From Gammaproteobacteria bacterium (GTDB lineage Bacteria > Pseudomonadota > Gammaproteobacteria > Ga0077536), in contig CAXXLL010000002.1 of assembly GCA_963662545.2 (NCBI GenBank), forward strand, positions 1,760,001 to 1,824,000: 64,000 nucleotides of DNA. Reading direction: 5' to 3'. Within the stretch, counting starts at the first letter, position 1. Every line of letters begins with the position of its first letter. Shown in pieces: positions 53,461 through 63,210 of the stretch. The translations under genes and the position numbers were made by a program. The notes under the pieces were generated by a model. That model had not been told where the DNA came from and ran no database searches. It saw only the letters and a program-made list of their open reading frames with translations.

Positions 53461-54372
53461 ATGGCCCAGCTACCCACCGAACGCTGGCTTCACAGCCACG
53501 AATTTCATCTCGATTCCGAGCGCCAGGAACGCGCCACGGCAAAAGTCCTGCTGCTCACGGCGGTGGCGATGATCTTCGAGATCGTCGCCGGCATGGTATT
53601 CGGATCCATGGCCTTGCTTGCGGACGGCTGGCACATGGGAACGCATGCGACCGCCTTTGGCATGACCCTGTTTGCCTATCGATATGCCCGCGCACATGCA
53701 GGTGATCCGGCATATAGCTTCGGCACGGGCAAGGTCAGCGTCCTGGGCGGTTTCGCCAGCGCGATCGCGCTGGCTTTCGTCGCCTTGTTGATGGTCGGGG
53801 AGTCGGCTCACCGCTTGATCGAACCGCGTGCGATCCAATTCGACGCGGCTCTCGTCGTCGCCGTGCTCGGCCTGATTGTGAACCTGGTCTCGGCCAGCTT
53901 ATTGTACAGCCATCACCGAGATCACGGCGCCCGCGATCACAATATCCGCTCGGCCTATCTGCATGTCATTACGGATGCGCTGACGTCCCTTCTTGCGATC
54001 GTCGGGCTGGGGTTCGGCAAATATCTCGGATGGATCTGGATGGACCCGTTGATGGGCATCGTCGGTTCGATATTGATCGCGCGGTGGTCGTATCAGCTCA
54101 TCCGCGATTCGAGCCATATCCTGCTCGACGGCAGTGCCGACGATACGACCCGGGAACTCATACGCGCGGCGATCGAAGCCGATGCGGACAATGTCATGAC
54201 CGACTTGCATGTCTGGAAAATCGGGCCCGACGACTTTGCGGCCATCATTTCGCTCGGCACGCGAAACCCCCGGCCGGCGGACTACTACAAGCAACTCATC
54301 GGCCACGTCGAGGAGCTGTCGCATGTCTCTGTCGAGGTCAATGTGATCCAGTCGGATGACGATGAGGCGTGA
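53461..54372 (+). CDS. dmeF: CDF family Co/Ni efflux transporter DmeF-like
   Basis: SMALLADGWHMGTH, FGTGKV, DHNIRSAYLHVITDALTS, DLHVW. Confidence 0.88.
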   Translation: MAQLPTERWLHSHEFHLDSERQERATAKVLLLTAVAMIFEIVAGMVFGSMALLADGWHMGTHATAFGMTLFAYRYARAHAGDPAYSFGTGKVSVLGGFASAIALAFVALLMVGESAHRLIEPRAIQFDAALVVAVLGLIVNLVSASLLYSHHRDHGARDHNIRSAYLHVITDALTSLLAIVGLGFGKYLGWIWMDPLMGIVGSILIARWSYQLIRDSSHILLDGSADDTTRELIRAAIEADADNVMTDLHVWKIGPDDFAAIISLGTRNPRPADYYKQLIGHVEELSHVSVEVNVIQSDDDEA

Positions 54373-54407
54373 TCAAGCGTGTTCAATATAATTGAGGGGG
54401 CAGCCAG

Positions 54408-55235
54408 TTAGTCGATCCCGACCAGAAATTCTCGAACGCATCGATCGAATGCGTCGCGGGATTCGAGATTGCTCATATGACCCGTACCCTCCAGCACGAG
54501 CAGGCGTGCGTCAGGGATGGCGTCGGCCATTTTTTGTGAGACTGACGGTGGCGTCAGTTTGTCTTCGGCACCGACGATGATCTGTACCGGCACTCGAATT
54601 TCAGAAACGTCGGTGATCGGGGTATAAAGGGTCATTCCCTCAATGGTCTTGATGTAGGAGTCCTTATGCAGCATACACATGCTGTCAATCAGTTCCTGCA
54701 CCACTTCGGGACGTGCGTCGGGCGCCACTAAAGTGCGCGCAACTAGCGGCGCGATGTCAGACAACTCCTTACCTTCCATGAGCGGCTGCCGGCGTTCGCG
54801 CACGAAACGTTCGCGACCTTCCCGGGAAAAGGACGCGTCGAACCCGGGGAAGGTGTCGCATAAAATCAGGCTTTTGACTCGCGCGGGATAGCGGTCGTAG
54901 AAATCTAGCGCAATACGTCCGCCCATGGATAGCCCGCAGAGATGCGCGGTGTCCGCCTTTAGGTGATCGAGTAGGCGCCGAAGATCGTGGCTGAAGTCGG
55001 CGAAGGCTAGCGGCCCTTCATAGTCGTCGCTGTCACCGTAGCCGCGGGCATCCCAAGCGATCGCATGATAATCCTGTCCCAGCACCTTGAGCTGGCGCGC
55101 CCAGTTGGCGCGATTTCCTCCGATCCCGTGCAGAAACACGAGCAGGCTACCACAGCCTATGCTCGAATAGGCGAGGCGCGGCAAGCCGGGAACGAATTCG
55201 GCAATCGATTCGCGCCCGACGGGCGCCGATGTCAT
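54408..55235 (-). CDS. Alpha/beta hydrolase
   Basis: FLHGIGG, WDARGYG, GLSMGG, TGHMSNLE; ATG 55235 overlaps the cupin stop. Confidence 0.9.
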   Translation of the reverse strand: MTSAPVGRESIAEFVPGLPRLAYSSIGCGSLLVFLHGIGGNRANWARQLKVLGQDYHAIAWDARGYGDSDDYEGPLAFADFSHDLRRLLDHLKADTAHLCGLSMGGRIALDFYDRYPARVKSLILCDTFPGFDASFSREGRERFVRERRQPLMEGKELSDIAPLVARTLVAPDARPEVVQELIDSMCMLHKDSYIKTIEGMTLYTPITDVSEIRVPVQIIVGAEDKLTPPSVSQKMADAIPDARLLVLEGTGHMSNLESRDAFDRCVREFLVGID

Positions 55236-55618
55236 GCCGATTCGTGATTCCAGGGCAGTTCCATCACGTCCCCCGTCTCGGTCTCGACTTTGACCGGCGC
55301 CATTGCGAGCGTCGCCATGATGTAGAGATCGGTATCGCCCGTGTTGCAGATCTGGTGTAGGACATTGGGTGGAATGAGGACGGTATCGTCTTCGACGAAT
55401 TTGAATTCGTCGTCGCCGCAGCGGCACACCCCTTCACCCTTCAGCACCACAATGACTTCTTCGCAGGCGTGACGGTGGACCGGGGTCGCGGCGCCGGCGT
55501 CGATAGTCTGCCGCCAGATCTCGAAGTTGTTCAGCCCGTCGCGCTTGCCGGCCAGGGTCTGATGCTCGAGGCCGGGCAAATTGTGCTTCTGCGTCGCGGC
55601 ATTATGGTTTACGTTCAT
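55232..55618 (-). CDS. Cupin domain protein
   Basis: TPVHRHACEEV..VLKGEG...IPPNVLHQ. Confidence 0.9.
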   Translation of the reverse strand: MNVNHNAATQKHNLPGLEHQTLAGKRDGLNNFEIWRQTIDAGAATPVHRHACEEVIVVLKGEGVCRCGDDEFKFVEDDTVLIPPNVLHQICNTGDTDLYIMATLAMAPVKVETETGDVMELPWNHESA

Positions 55619-55918
55619 CGCTTACATCTCCATCGTTGACTGGCGGGGACAGGATTAGGAATCTCGAGGTGTTCAGGGAACTAAGGCCAGAGACAGTATA
55701 TGCATTCCGTCCCGGGGAGTGGCTGGCCGCGTCACCGTGACGTAAGACCGGATCGACGACGGCACCGATGCCGGGCAGGCGGCGCATCGTTACGATCGCA
55801 GGCAATCGTAACCGCCGTCGTCCGTGCCCCGCACGCAGACGCAATTGGGCGTGTGTTTCACGACTCTCACACTCTGGTCGTCGCCCGGTTCAAAATTTCG
55901 AGTCCGCTTCGGACGCGC

Positions 55919-56353
55919 TCACTGTCCGATGTAAAACTTGTTCACAATTCGCCAGTCGCCGTTCACTTTCGCGAGTTGAAACGAATCCGTGTAGATCCCG
56001 TTGAAATCGAACAACACGGTCGCGGCGATGTCACTGTAGATGTTGATCGCGAGAATTTCGCCCTTCATGGCGGGCTTGGGATCGCGTGCGGCCCACTCGT
56101 CGATCACTTCGCGCATGGGCCTGACACTCAAGTCGTAGGAACCGTCTTGCCCTTTCAGATAGCCCTTCATATGACCGGCATCGACCGCAAACGCCTTCTC
56201 CAAACGCTCCCGGTCGGCCAGACGGAGGCCGTCGAAGTAGTTGTAGATCGTTGTTTTAATGGCATCGAAATCACTCATATCATCACCGTAGGCGGGGGAT
56301 CCGCTCATTGCGAACGCCGCTAGCAGCATCGTGGCGGTACAAAGATTATGCAT
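55919..56353 (-). CDS. Exported NTF2-like (lumazine-binding-like) protein
   Basis: Signal-like N-terminus; YFDG, YTDSFQLAKVNGDWRIVNK. Confidence 0.8.
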   Translation of the reverse strand: MHNLCTATMLLAAFAMSGSPAYGDDMSDFDAIKTTIYNYFDGLRLADRERLEKAFAVDAGHMKGYLKGQDGSYDLSVRPMREVIDEWAARDPKPAMKGEILAINIYSDIAATVLFDFNGIYTDSFQLAKVNGDWRIVNKFYIGQ

Positions 56354-56481
56354 GTTACGTTCTCAGATGAAGCTGAACATCGTTCTATTGCACTGCAGCA
56401 AAGGCGACGTTCCCGTATGGACTAGATGGGCCGAATCCAGGATGATATCGCGTTAACGAACCGGACGACGAGGAGATTTCG

Positions 56482-57576
56482 ATGGAAGTAGGCATGATTC
56501 AGGTCATTCAGAGCTGGGGCTTCGAGGGGATGAGCGATGCCCAGGTCTACGAGGAAGAACTAAAGCTCGCGATCAATGCGGAGGAGCTGGGCTTCGACCA
56601 CATATGGGTCGTCGAACATCACTTCACAGACTATTCGTTTTGTCCGGACAATTTCGTCTATCTCGCCTACCTCGCGGCGCAGACGGAGCGCATCGGGCTC
56701 GCGACCGGCGCCGTCATCGTGCCGTGGAACATCCAGCCATTGCGCGTCGCCGAGAAGGCTGCGCTGCTGGATCAACTCTCAGGCGGGCGCTTGATACTGG
56801 GTCTCGGACGGGGCTTGTCGCGCCGCGAGTTCGAGCAGTTCGGGATCGATATGGATGAATCACGCGATCGCTTCGACGAGGCGGCGCCGATGATCCTCGA
56901 TGCGCTCGAAACCGGCGTCATGGAGGAGCATGAAGGCAAGTTCTTCAAGCAGGCGCGTGCAGTAATTCGGCCCAAGGTGACCAAATCGTTTAAGGACCGC
57001 GTCACCCAGGTCGCCATGAGCCCGGAATCGGGACAGGAAGCAGCCAAGCTCGGGGCCCAGATGATGGCCTTCAACTACAAGCCGAAGGAAGTACAGAAGC
57101 AGGAATACGAGGATTACAAAAAGGCCTACATCGAACATCATGGGGTCGACCCCAGACCGATGCTGTTGACGGAAATAACCCTCTGCGACCACGACGCGAG
57201 CCGCGCTGAAGAAAACTCGAAATACATCGCGAATTACTGTCTGAGTGTGCTGCACCACTATGAGTTGATGGGCGAGCACTACAAGCAGGCCAAGGGGTAT
57301 TCCGCCTACGGCGATGCGGTCGACGCCATGCGTGCGATCGGCAAGGAAGGCATGATGCAGGCCTACGTGGATCAGCAGATCTGGGGTACGCCGGATCAGA
57401 TGCTGCGCCAGTTCGAGGAACGTCGTAAGGACATGGGGCCGACCGGGATGCTCGGCGCTTTTCGATTCGCCGGCATCCCGTTCGAGGTGGCCGAGCGGAG
57501 CCAGAAGCTCTTTGCCGAGGAGGTTTTGCCGGTTCTCAAGAGCTGGGACGACGACGCAGCGAGCGAAGCGGCATAG
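56482..57576 (+). CDS. LLM-class flavin-dependent oxidoreductase
   Basis: AEELGFDHIWVVEHHF, RVAEKAALLDQLSGGRLILGLGRG. Confidence 0.92.
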   Translation: MEVGMIQVIQSWGFEGMSDAQVYEEELKLAINAEELGFDHIWVVEHHFTDYSFCPDNFVYLAYLAAQTERIGLATGAVIVPWNIQPLRVAEKAALLDQLSGGRLILGLGRGLSRREFEQFGIDMDESRDRFDEAAPMILDALETGVMEEHEGKFFKQARAVIRPKVTKSFKDRVTQVAMSPESGQEAAKLGAQMMAFNYKPKEVQKQEYEDYKKAYIEHHGVDPRPMLLTEITLCDHDASRAEENSKYIANYCLSVLHHYELMGEHYKQAKGYSAYGDAVDAMRAIGKEGMMQAYVDQQIWGTPDQMLRQFEERRKDMGPTGMLGAFRFAGIPFEVAERSQKLFAEEVLPVLKSWDDDAASEAA

Positions 57577-57596
57577 TACGTGGTGCTTAGAACACG

Positions 57597-57625
57597 AAAA
57601 AAGGGGCTCTTAGCCCCTTTTTTTT
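57597..57625. terminator. Bidirectional intrinsic terminator
   Basis: A6-GGGGCT-CTT-AGCCCC-T8 between convergent genes. Confidence 0.85.
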
Positions 57626-57630
57626 GTGGG

Positions 57631-59466
57631 TTAGCGGTCGATCGCGGCGTCGCGTCGGGAAAGGCCGTGGTGAAGGAGGAAGCGTTCCGCACCCTCGACG
57701 CCCATGTATTTGCGCAGCAGCGGCACTTCGGTGCGGGCCAGGTCGACCCACAACAAGCAATCGATCGCGTTGTTGAAATCCGGATCGACATTAAAGCCGA
57801 GAATGCGGCCGTTCAACTTGAGGTATTGACGCAAGATCACCGGGATCCCGACATCCACGTCTTCGACCGTACTCAAAAGGCTCGCAATGATGCGCAGGTC
57901 GCTGACGTTGAGATCGACGAGCTGCGCCTCGCCATGCTTCGAGCGAAAAGGCCGCCGCGGTTTAACCAGGCTCGCCCGCTTCGGCTCCATAGAGTTGCGC
58001 TGCAGGAAGCGGACGATGATCTGCTGAGAGACCGGGTGGTAGTCATTGCTGATGCTGACGGGGCCGAATAACACCCGGTAGCGCGGGTGCCGCGCGACAT
58101 AGGCCCCGATCCCCTTCCACAGGAGCATTAATGACGAATAATTACGCTGATGTTCGGGCCTGACGAAAGAGCGCCCGACCTCGAGCGCGGAATGCAGTTC
58201 TTCCTCCAGTTGACGTTCCAGCCGGAACAGCGAACGTACATAGAGTCCCTTGGCGCCGAATCGCGCGAGAATGCGATCCCCTTCACCAAGGCGGTAACCG
58301 CCAATGACGGCCTTCGACTCACTGTCCCATACAAACAGGTGGATATAGTAGCTGTCGAACAAGTCGAGATCCGCGCTCTTGCCGGTGCCTTCGCCCACCT
58401 GTCGAAAGGTCAGTTCACGCAGACGGCCGATCTCTTGCAGCAGCCAGGGGATTTGATCGGCGTCTGCGTACCAGACTTCGAGCTTGCCGTTGCGCACGAG
58501 GCAATGGTCGGGTGACAGTACTGCGACCTCGCGGCCGAGCAGACCCGCGTCTATCGGCGGGCCGATGGGAACGTCGAGGGTACCGGGCTCGGGGAATCGC
58601 TTGAGTCTCCACGGTTTCCTGTAAGCGTCGCGCGCCTTGATCAGGTAGGTACTCGTCTGCAGATAGGGTGCGATGGCGTCCCGGCTGCCCAGGAGCTTGA
58701 GCGTATCGGCTTCGATGATGCGGCCGCATTTGACCTTGATGACGGTCCCTCGATGGTTCAGCGATTCGCGCACCAGCAGCGCCGTGCGGAGGTGGGGATG
58801 CAAAAGTCCTGCGATTTGGAACAAGACGCTGTTACGGCCGCTGATGAAGGCTGGCACGACTGGGGCACCGCTCTTTTCGACCAGCCAGCCGATCCCCGAA
58901 TCCCACGGTGGATCGACAATGGTGCGCGCGCGGAGATCGACGCTCGATACTTCGCCGCCGGGGAAGATGAGCAACAAGCCACCATTTTTGAGCCATTTCA
59001 TGGCATCGCGGACCGCCCGGAAATTGATATGCGCCGCGGCGCGCCCGCCGAACGGATCGACACCAATGAACACGGATTCGAATTCCGCGAAACCTTGCAG
59101 CAGATGATTCGCCATCACTCGGACGTCGGTGCGTCGCCGCATGAGAATTTCAATCATGCCCCCGCCGTCCAGGGCCCCGTGCGGGTGATTGGCGACTACG
59201 ATGCACGGCCCATCAGCAGGGATATTCTCGAAAGAGTCCTTGTCGATGGTCATGTCGACGCCGATTGCGTCGAGTGTGCAACGAGCAAAGGTATGGGGAT
59301 CCAGATGGTACGGAATCTTGGCGTAGATCGAGTTCCAGCGGTCGAGCCCGAGGACGCTATCGATCAGTCGGGCCAGGAGTTTCCGAACTGGTCCCAGGCT
59401 TGCCGGCAAGTGCGGCGCTATGGTGAACTTGTGACGCTGAGTGGGTTGTCGACTCGATTCAGGCAT
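57631..59466 (-). CDS. PlsC-type acyltransferase + GNAT N-acyltransferase fusion (OlsF-like)
   Basis: VVANHPHGALD (HxxxxD), IFPGGEVS; C-half EIGRLRELTFRQVGEG, DLDLFD, GGYRLG, LEVGRSFV, LWKGIG, LFGPVSIS, FNVDPDF. Confidence 0.82.
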   Translation of the reverse strand: MPESSRQPTQRHKFTIAPHLPASLGPVRKLLARLIDSVLGLDRWNSIYAKIPYHLDPHTFARCTLDAIGVDMTIDKDSFENIPADGPCIVVANHPHGALDGGGMIEILMRRRTDVRVMANHLLQGFAEFESVFIGVDPFGGRAAAHINFRAVRDAMKWLKNGGLLLIFPGGEVSSVDLRARTIVDPPWDSGIGWLVEKSGAPVVPAFISGRNSVLFQIAGLLHPHLRTALLVRESLNHRGTVIKVKCGRIIEADTLKLLGSRDAIAPYLQTSTYLIKARDAYRKPWRLKRFPEPGTLDVPIGPPIDAGLLGREVAVLSPDHCLVRNGKLEVWYADADQIPWLLQEIGRLRELTFRQVGEGTGKSADLDLFDSYYIHLFVWDSESKAVIGGYRLGEGDRILARFGAKGLYVRSLFRLERQLEEELHSALEVGRSFVRPEHQRNYSSLMLLWKGIGAYVARHPRYRVLFGPVSISNDYHPVSQQIIVRFLQRNSMEPKRASLVKPRRPFRSKHGEAQLVDLNVSDLRIIASLLSTVEDVDVGIPVILRQYLKLNGRILGFNVDPDFNNAIDCLLWVDLARTEVPLLRKYMGVEGAERFLLHHGLSRRDAAIDR

Positions 59467-59546
59467 GCACGTCGATGGCGCTCCGGCGCCAGGAGCTGAT
59501 CATTGTGCTACCGCGAATGCGGGAATGCGCTCCATTTGTTAGAAGC

Positions 59547-59753
59547 TTTTGTTCAGCGCATCCTTGCGCTTCACCCCTACAGAACTGTCGCGAAAATTCG
59601 TTCCTGACGAATTTTTGTTCAACGCATCCTTGCGCTTCACCCCTACAGGGCTGTCGCGAAAATTCGTTCCTGACGAATTTTTGTTCAACGCATCCTTGCG
59701 CTTCACCCCTACGAGGCTGTCGCGAAAATTCGTTCCTGACGAATTTTTGTTCA
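59547..59753. repeat. Intergenic 66-bp tandem repeat (3 copies plus a fragment) with internal hairpin
   Basis: GTTC recurs at 59551, 59617, 59683 and 59749; each unit contains the hairpin AAAATTCGT-TCCTG-ACGAATTTT. Confidence 0.92.
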
Positions 59754-60019
59754 CGTCCTCGCCACTATGCTCCTCAATCCTTCACAAAAATATCCTAGCG
59801 CTCCTACATTCTCGCTTCGCGAACATGAGCTCCAACGCGCTGATCGTACCCCGATTGGCGCTGCGGGTTGTTACAATACGCCTGCCGCATCCGGATACAG
59901 GCGCGGCTGCGCATCAAATGCTTGCTGCCGCAGGCCATTCCTGTTTGCCCTTCTTGCGGTGGCGCTGCTGCCCATGATACCCAAACCGCGCCAGTCCGAT
60001 CGCTTGCGGGCGGTCGACA

Positions 60020-60886
60020 GTGCATTACCTGCATCAGGAGACTAGCGACGCCGTGGCACCCCGCTGGAAATTGGACGATATCGCCTGGGACCGCCTCGAT
60101 CCCGGCGCTGTAACCGCGCCGCTGCTGGCGGCCGTAAAAACGGCGGCCTTGGTCGAGGCCAATAGTGCAGATTACGTCACCTATCTCCATAAGGTGTTCG
60201 CTGAGGACCCGGTTTTCAAGGCGGCCGCGACTGCCTGGGGCGTCGAAGAGGCCCAACACGGCGCGGCGCTTGGGCGCTGGGCCGAAACCGTCGATCCGCA
60301 GTTCGATTTCGCGGCGAGCCTTAGGCGATTCCGCGAGGGCTACCGGATCCCTCTGGACACTTCGCGATCGGTTCGCGGCTCTGCCACCGGCGAGCTGCTG
60401 GCGCGCTGCGTCGTGGAATCCGGCACTTGTTCGTATTATTCGGCCGTTCGCGACCACACCTCGGAACCCGTGCTAAAGCAAATTTGCCACCGCATTGCAC
60501 AAGACGAGGCGCATCATTACCAATTGTTCAGGACGCATTATGCGCGGTATGCCGAAAAAAGCCCGATGAGCTTCTGGACCCGTTTGAGGATTGCATTGGG
60601 CCGGGTCGGCGAGACCGGCGACGATGAGCTGGCGTATGCGTACTACAGCGCGAATCTGGCGGCGCTTCGCGACGGTCCTGCCTACGATCGCCGGGTGTGC
60701 GGGCGTACCTATCAACGCATCGCGGCCGGCATGTACGGGCTAGCTCACGTGCGCACGGTGGTTCACATGGTCGCCAACGCCATCGGTGTCCAACCGAGGC
60801 GGTGGTTGATCCGGGCCGGCGCGCGGGCCGGGTGGTGGTGGCTGCGCGGGATCGGGATTTTACATCCGCCTCATGCGGCGGATTGA
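60020..60886 (+). CDS. Ferritin-like di-iron protein
   Basis: LVE, EEAQH, VVE, DEAHH carboxylate/His di-iron pattern; W..DDIAW N-terminus. Start uncertain. Confidence 0.8.
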   Translation: MHYLHQETSDAVAPRWKLDDIAWDRLDPGAVTAPLLAAVKTAALVEANSADYVTYLHKVFAEDPVFKAAATAWGVEEAQHGAALGRWAETVDPQFDFAASLRRFREGYRIPLDTSRSVRGSATGELLARCVVESGTCSYYSAVRDHTSEPVLKQICHRIAQDEAHHYQLFRTHYARYAEKSPMSFWTRLRIALGRVGETGDDELAYAYYSANLAALRDGPAYDRRVCGRTYQRIAAGMYGLAHVRTVVHMVANAIGVQPRRWLIRAGARAGWWWLRGIGILHPPHAAD

Positions 60887-61740
60887 TAGCGGTCCCAGAT
60901 GAAAGGCACGATCAGCTGAGCACCGAATTTTTCGGGCATATGCTCGCGGATGCCGATGGTCGTTACGTGCTCGTTTGGACGGTGGTAATAAGTGCCGAAC
61001 AGCATGTCCCATAGCATCAGGTTTTCGCCGTAGTTGTTGTTGCCAATCTGGGTGTCGGTCGAATGATGCCAGCGGTGTAGATTGGGGGTGTTGAAGACGT
61101 AATTCAGCCATCCGCAGCGCATGTCTGCATTACAGTGAGTCAGGATCCCGATGTAGGCTGTGATCGCACTGACCCAGATGACGGCGTCCATGGATATACC
61201 GCTCAGCAAGAGAAACGGCAGGCTGGCGAAGACGCTTAAAAATGAATCCACGAAGTGAAACCGGCCGGTATTGACCAGCCACAGGCGCTCGACGCTATGG
61301 TGCACGGCGTGGAAGCGCCACACTAGGGGCCATTCATGCGCCATTCGGTGTGCCCAATACAAGCCAAGCTCCGTTGCGACGAGCCCGAACAGAACCTGTA
61401 CCCACAGCGGCTTGATCGACATAAACGTACCGCCGCGGCCGTCGATCAGGCCGAGTGTTAGAAAGGTGACGATGAAGAGCTGGACCAAGCCTTTGTTCAG
61501 CAGGGTGTGACTCAAATCCGGCCCGGTTTGGCCATCCGCCCGCCGCCAATCGGCGCGGTAGACGAACCGCCGCTCCAGCAGGAACAGCCACGCGACGATC
61601 CACCCATAGGACAGGTTGAAGTAAAGCGTTTCGCCACCACGCGAGAATCCGAGCGCTAATATGCCACCCGAGGACGCCAGCAGAGCAGGCCAGGCCAGGG
61701 ATTTCGCCCAGGTTACCGGAGATAGTATCGGGCGGTTCAT
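60871..61740 (-). CDS. Fatty acid hydroxylase / sterol desaturase family protein
   Basis: His boxes HRMAH, HAVHH, THCN, HRWHH; WDMLFGT; start MNRPIL after GAGGG. Confidence 0.9.
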   Translation of the reverse strand: MNRPILSPVTWAKSLAWPALLASSGGILALGFSRGGETLYFNLSYGWIVAWLFLLERRFVYRADWRRADGQTGPDLSHTLLNKGLVQLFIVTFLTLGLIDGRGGTFMSIKPLWVQVLFGLVATELGLYWAHRMAHEWPLVWRFHAVHHSVERLWLVNTGRFHFVDSFLSVFASLPFLLLSGISMDAVIWVSAITAYIGILTHCNADMRCGWLNYVFNTPNLHRWHHSTDTQIGNNNYGENLMLWDMLFGTYYHRPNEHVTTIGIREHMPEKFGAQLIVPFIWDRYQSAA

Positions 61741-61775
61741 CGAATCGCCCTCGCCAACCGCGACGGCCGGTTTGC

Positions 61776-62423
61776 TCAATTGACCGGGCAACTGCGGCGC
61801 AAAGCCGTCGAAATACGATACTGGTCGTTCGACCTGTCCCGGGCAAGCCCACAATGCACTTCGGTTCGCACGGCATAACCCGAAGTGTGCTCGGCGATCA
61901 GAAAAGTGTAACGCGGGCTGCAATTCGAATAACAGCGTTCGTACAATAATTTGCCGTCTTCGCCCCAGCCCTGCGAGAAATCCATGATCCAATCGTTCAG
62001 CGCGTCGACCGATTCGAACTCCCTCGGTTCGAACAGCAGGGGCTTCTCCTTGGTCTCGGTATCCAACTTGATGCAGACATCGTGTTGGTCTTCGGCCGCT
62101 AACAAGGACATCGGCGCAACGCGATAAACGACCTCGGCACGTTCCGAATCCGTACAGCCAGACCCACAACCCGCGGGGTCGTCGGCTTCACTGGTCAATG
62201 CCTCGTCGAGCAGCCGGCCAGCGACCTCGCGGATCGAATCGGGGTGCCCCGCCAGGTTCTGAATGATACCTGCCGAGCCATATTCGATCGCCAACGGGGT
62301 TTCGGCGCGTGGATCCGGGCAATCGAGCGCAACGCCCGCGATCATCTCCGGCGGTTCGCTCGCTATCGACAGCGCCGGCACAAGCAGGGCAGTGAATACT
62401 ACTATTTTAATATTTTTCAACAT
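61776..62423 (-). CDS. Secreted Cys-rich hypothetical protein
   Basis: Sec-type signal peptide; 8 Cys including two CxxxC. Confidence 0.7.
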   Translation of the reverse strand: MLKNIKIVVFTALLVPALSIASEPPEMIAGVALDCPDPRAETPLAIEYGSAGIIQNLAGHPDSIREVAGRLLDEALTSEADDPAGCGSGCTDSERAEVVYRVAPMSLLAAEDQHDVCIKLDTETKEKPLLFEPREFESVDALNDWIMDFSQGWGEDGKLLYERCYSNCSPRYTFLIAEHTSGYAVRTEVHCGLARDRSNDQYRISTALRRSCPVN

Positions 62424-62703
62424 GTTACTTGTGGAACCTAAAGTGTCTACTCCAAATAGTAGTCTATTAACACCTTAAATATCAATAATTAACAGTTGAA
62501 ATCTGAACGAAATTATAATTAGTAACGGTTGTTTTGCAATCGAACGATGAATCATAGCGCATGGAACGGTTGCAGATTAAACGTTGCGATGCACAAAATC
62601 AATGAAAGCGTGGCGTATCTACGCCGGGCTGGATGCGGCTCCCGTCACCGTAAAAACGAGGAGGGTGGTGCGCTAATCGCGCGTTGTTAGCGTAACGCGC
62701 CGA

Positions 62704-63210
62704 TTACGACGGATTATCGCGAATGAAGCGGTCTATCGCCTCGGTCTTGATCGGACCGACGGTCTGCGCAGCAATCTGTCCCTGGGGATCGAACAGCAGA
62801 TAGGTCGGTGTTCCTTTGAATTCTTCACCCGTCGTCTCGTTGAAACCCGGGGCGATTTCGGCGATCTCGCCGATCACACTATCGAATGAGGGAGGGCGGT
62901 TGGCGATGTAAACACGAACTTCCTCAGTGTACCGATAACCATCGACCGAAATGCCGACGACTTTGAGATCCTCCTCGTGACGTTCGTTATGCAATGCGCT
63001 GATGATCGGATATTGCTGGGCGCAAACACCGCAGTAAGTGGTCCAGATCATAACGAGTGTCCACTTTCCGGGCTCGAAATATTCCGCGAGCATGGCCTTC
63101 TGCCCGTCGAGCGTCCGCACCTTGATGTCGCCTGCAGCGCTTGCGGACAGGGCAATGAGTGTCGCGGTGGTGAACAAGACAGTGCATAGGGTTTTATGGA
63201 TGAATTTCAA
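62704..63210 (-). CDS. TlpA-like thiol-disulfide oxidoreductase (exported)
   Basis: Signal peptide, WTTYCGVC, GISVD, GTPTYLLFDPQG. Confidence 0.88.
   Translation of the reverse strand: MKFIHKTLCTVLFTTATLIALSASAAGDIKVRTLDGQKAMLAEYFEPGKWTLVMIWTTYCGVCAQQYPIISALHNERHEEDLKVVGISVDGYRYTEEVRVYIANRPPSFDSVIGEIAEIAPGFNETTGEEFKGTPTYLLFDPQGQIAAQTVGPIKTEAIDRFIRDNPS

Noticed and set aside
59547-59753. CRISPR array, or the repeat-encoded ORFs (59475-59798, 59549-59977, 59539-59754)
   Set aside because: Units are near-identical along their whole length with no unique spacers and no cas genes. The ORFs are open only because the 66-bp period is a multiple of three.
61741-62169. Long N-terminal extension of the fatty-acid hydroxylase ORF
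   Set aside because: It overlaps the upstream secreted-protein gene in another frame; an RBS and ATG at 61740 give a normal-length protein.
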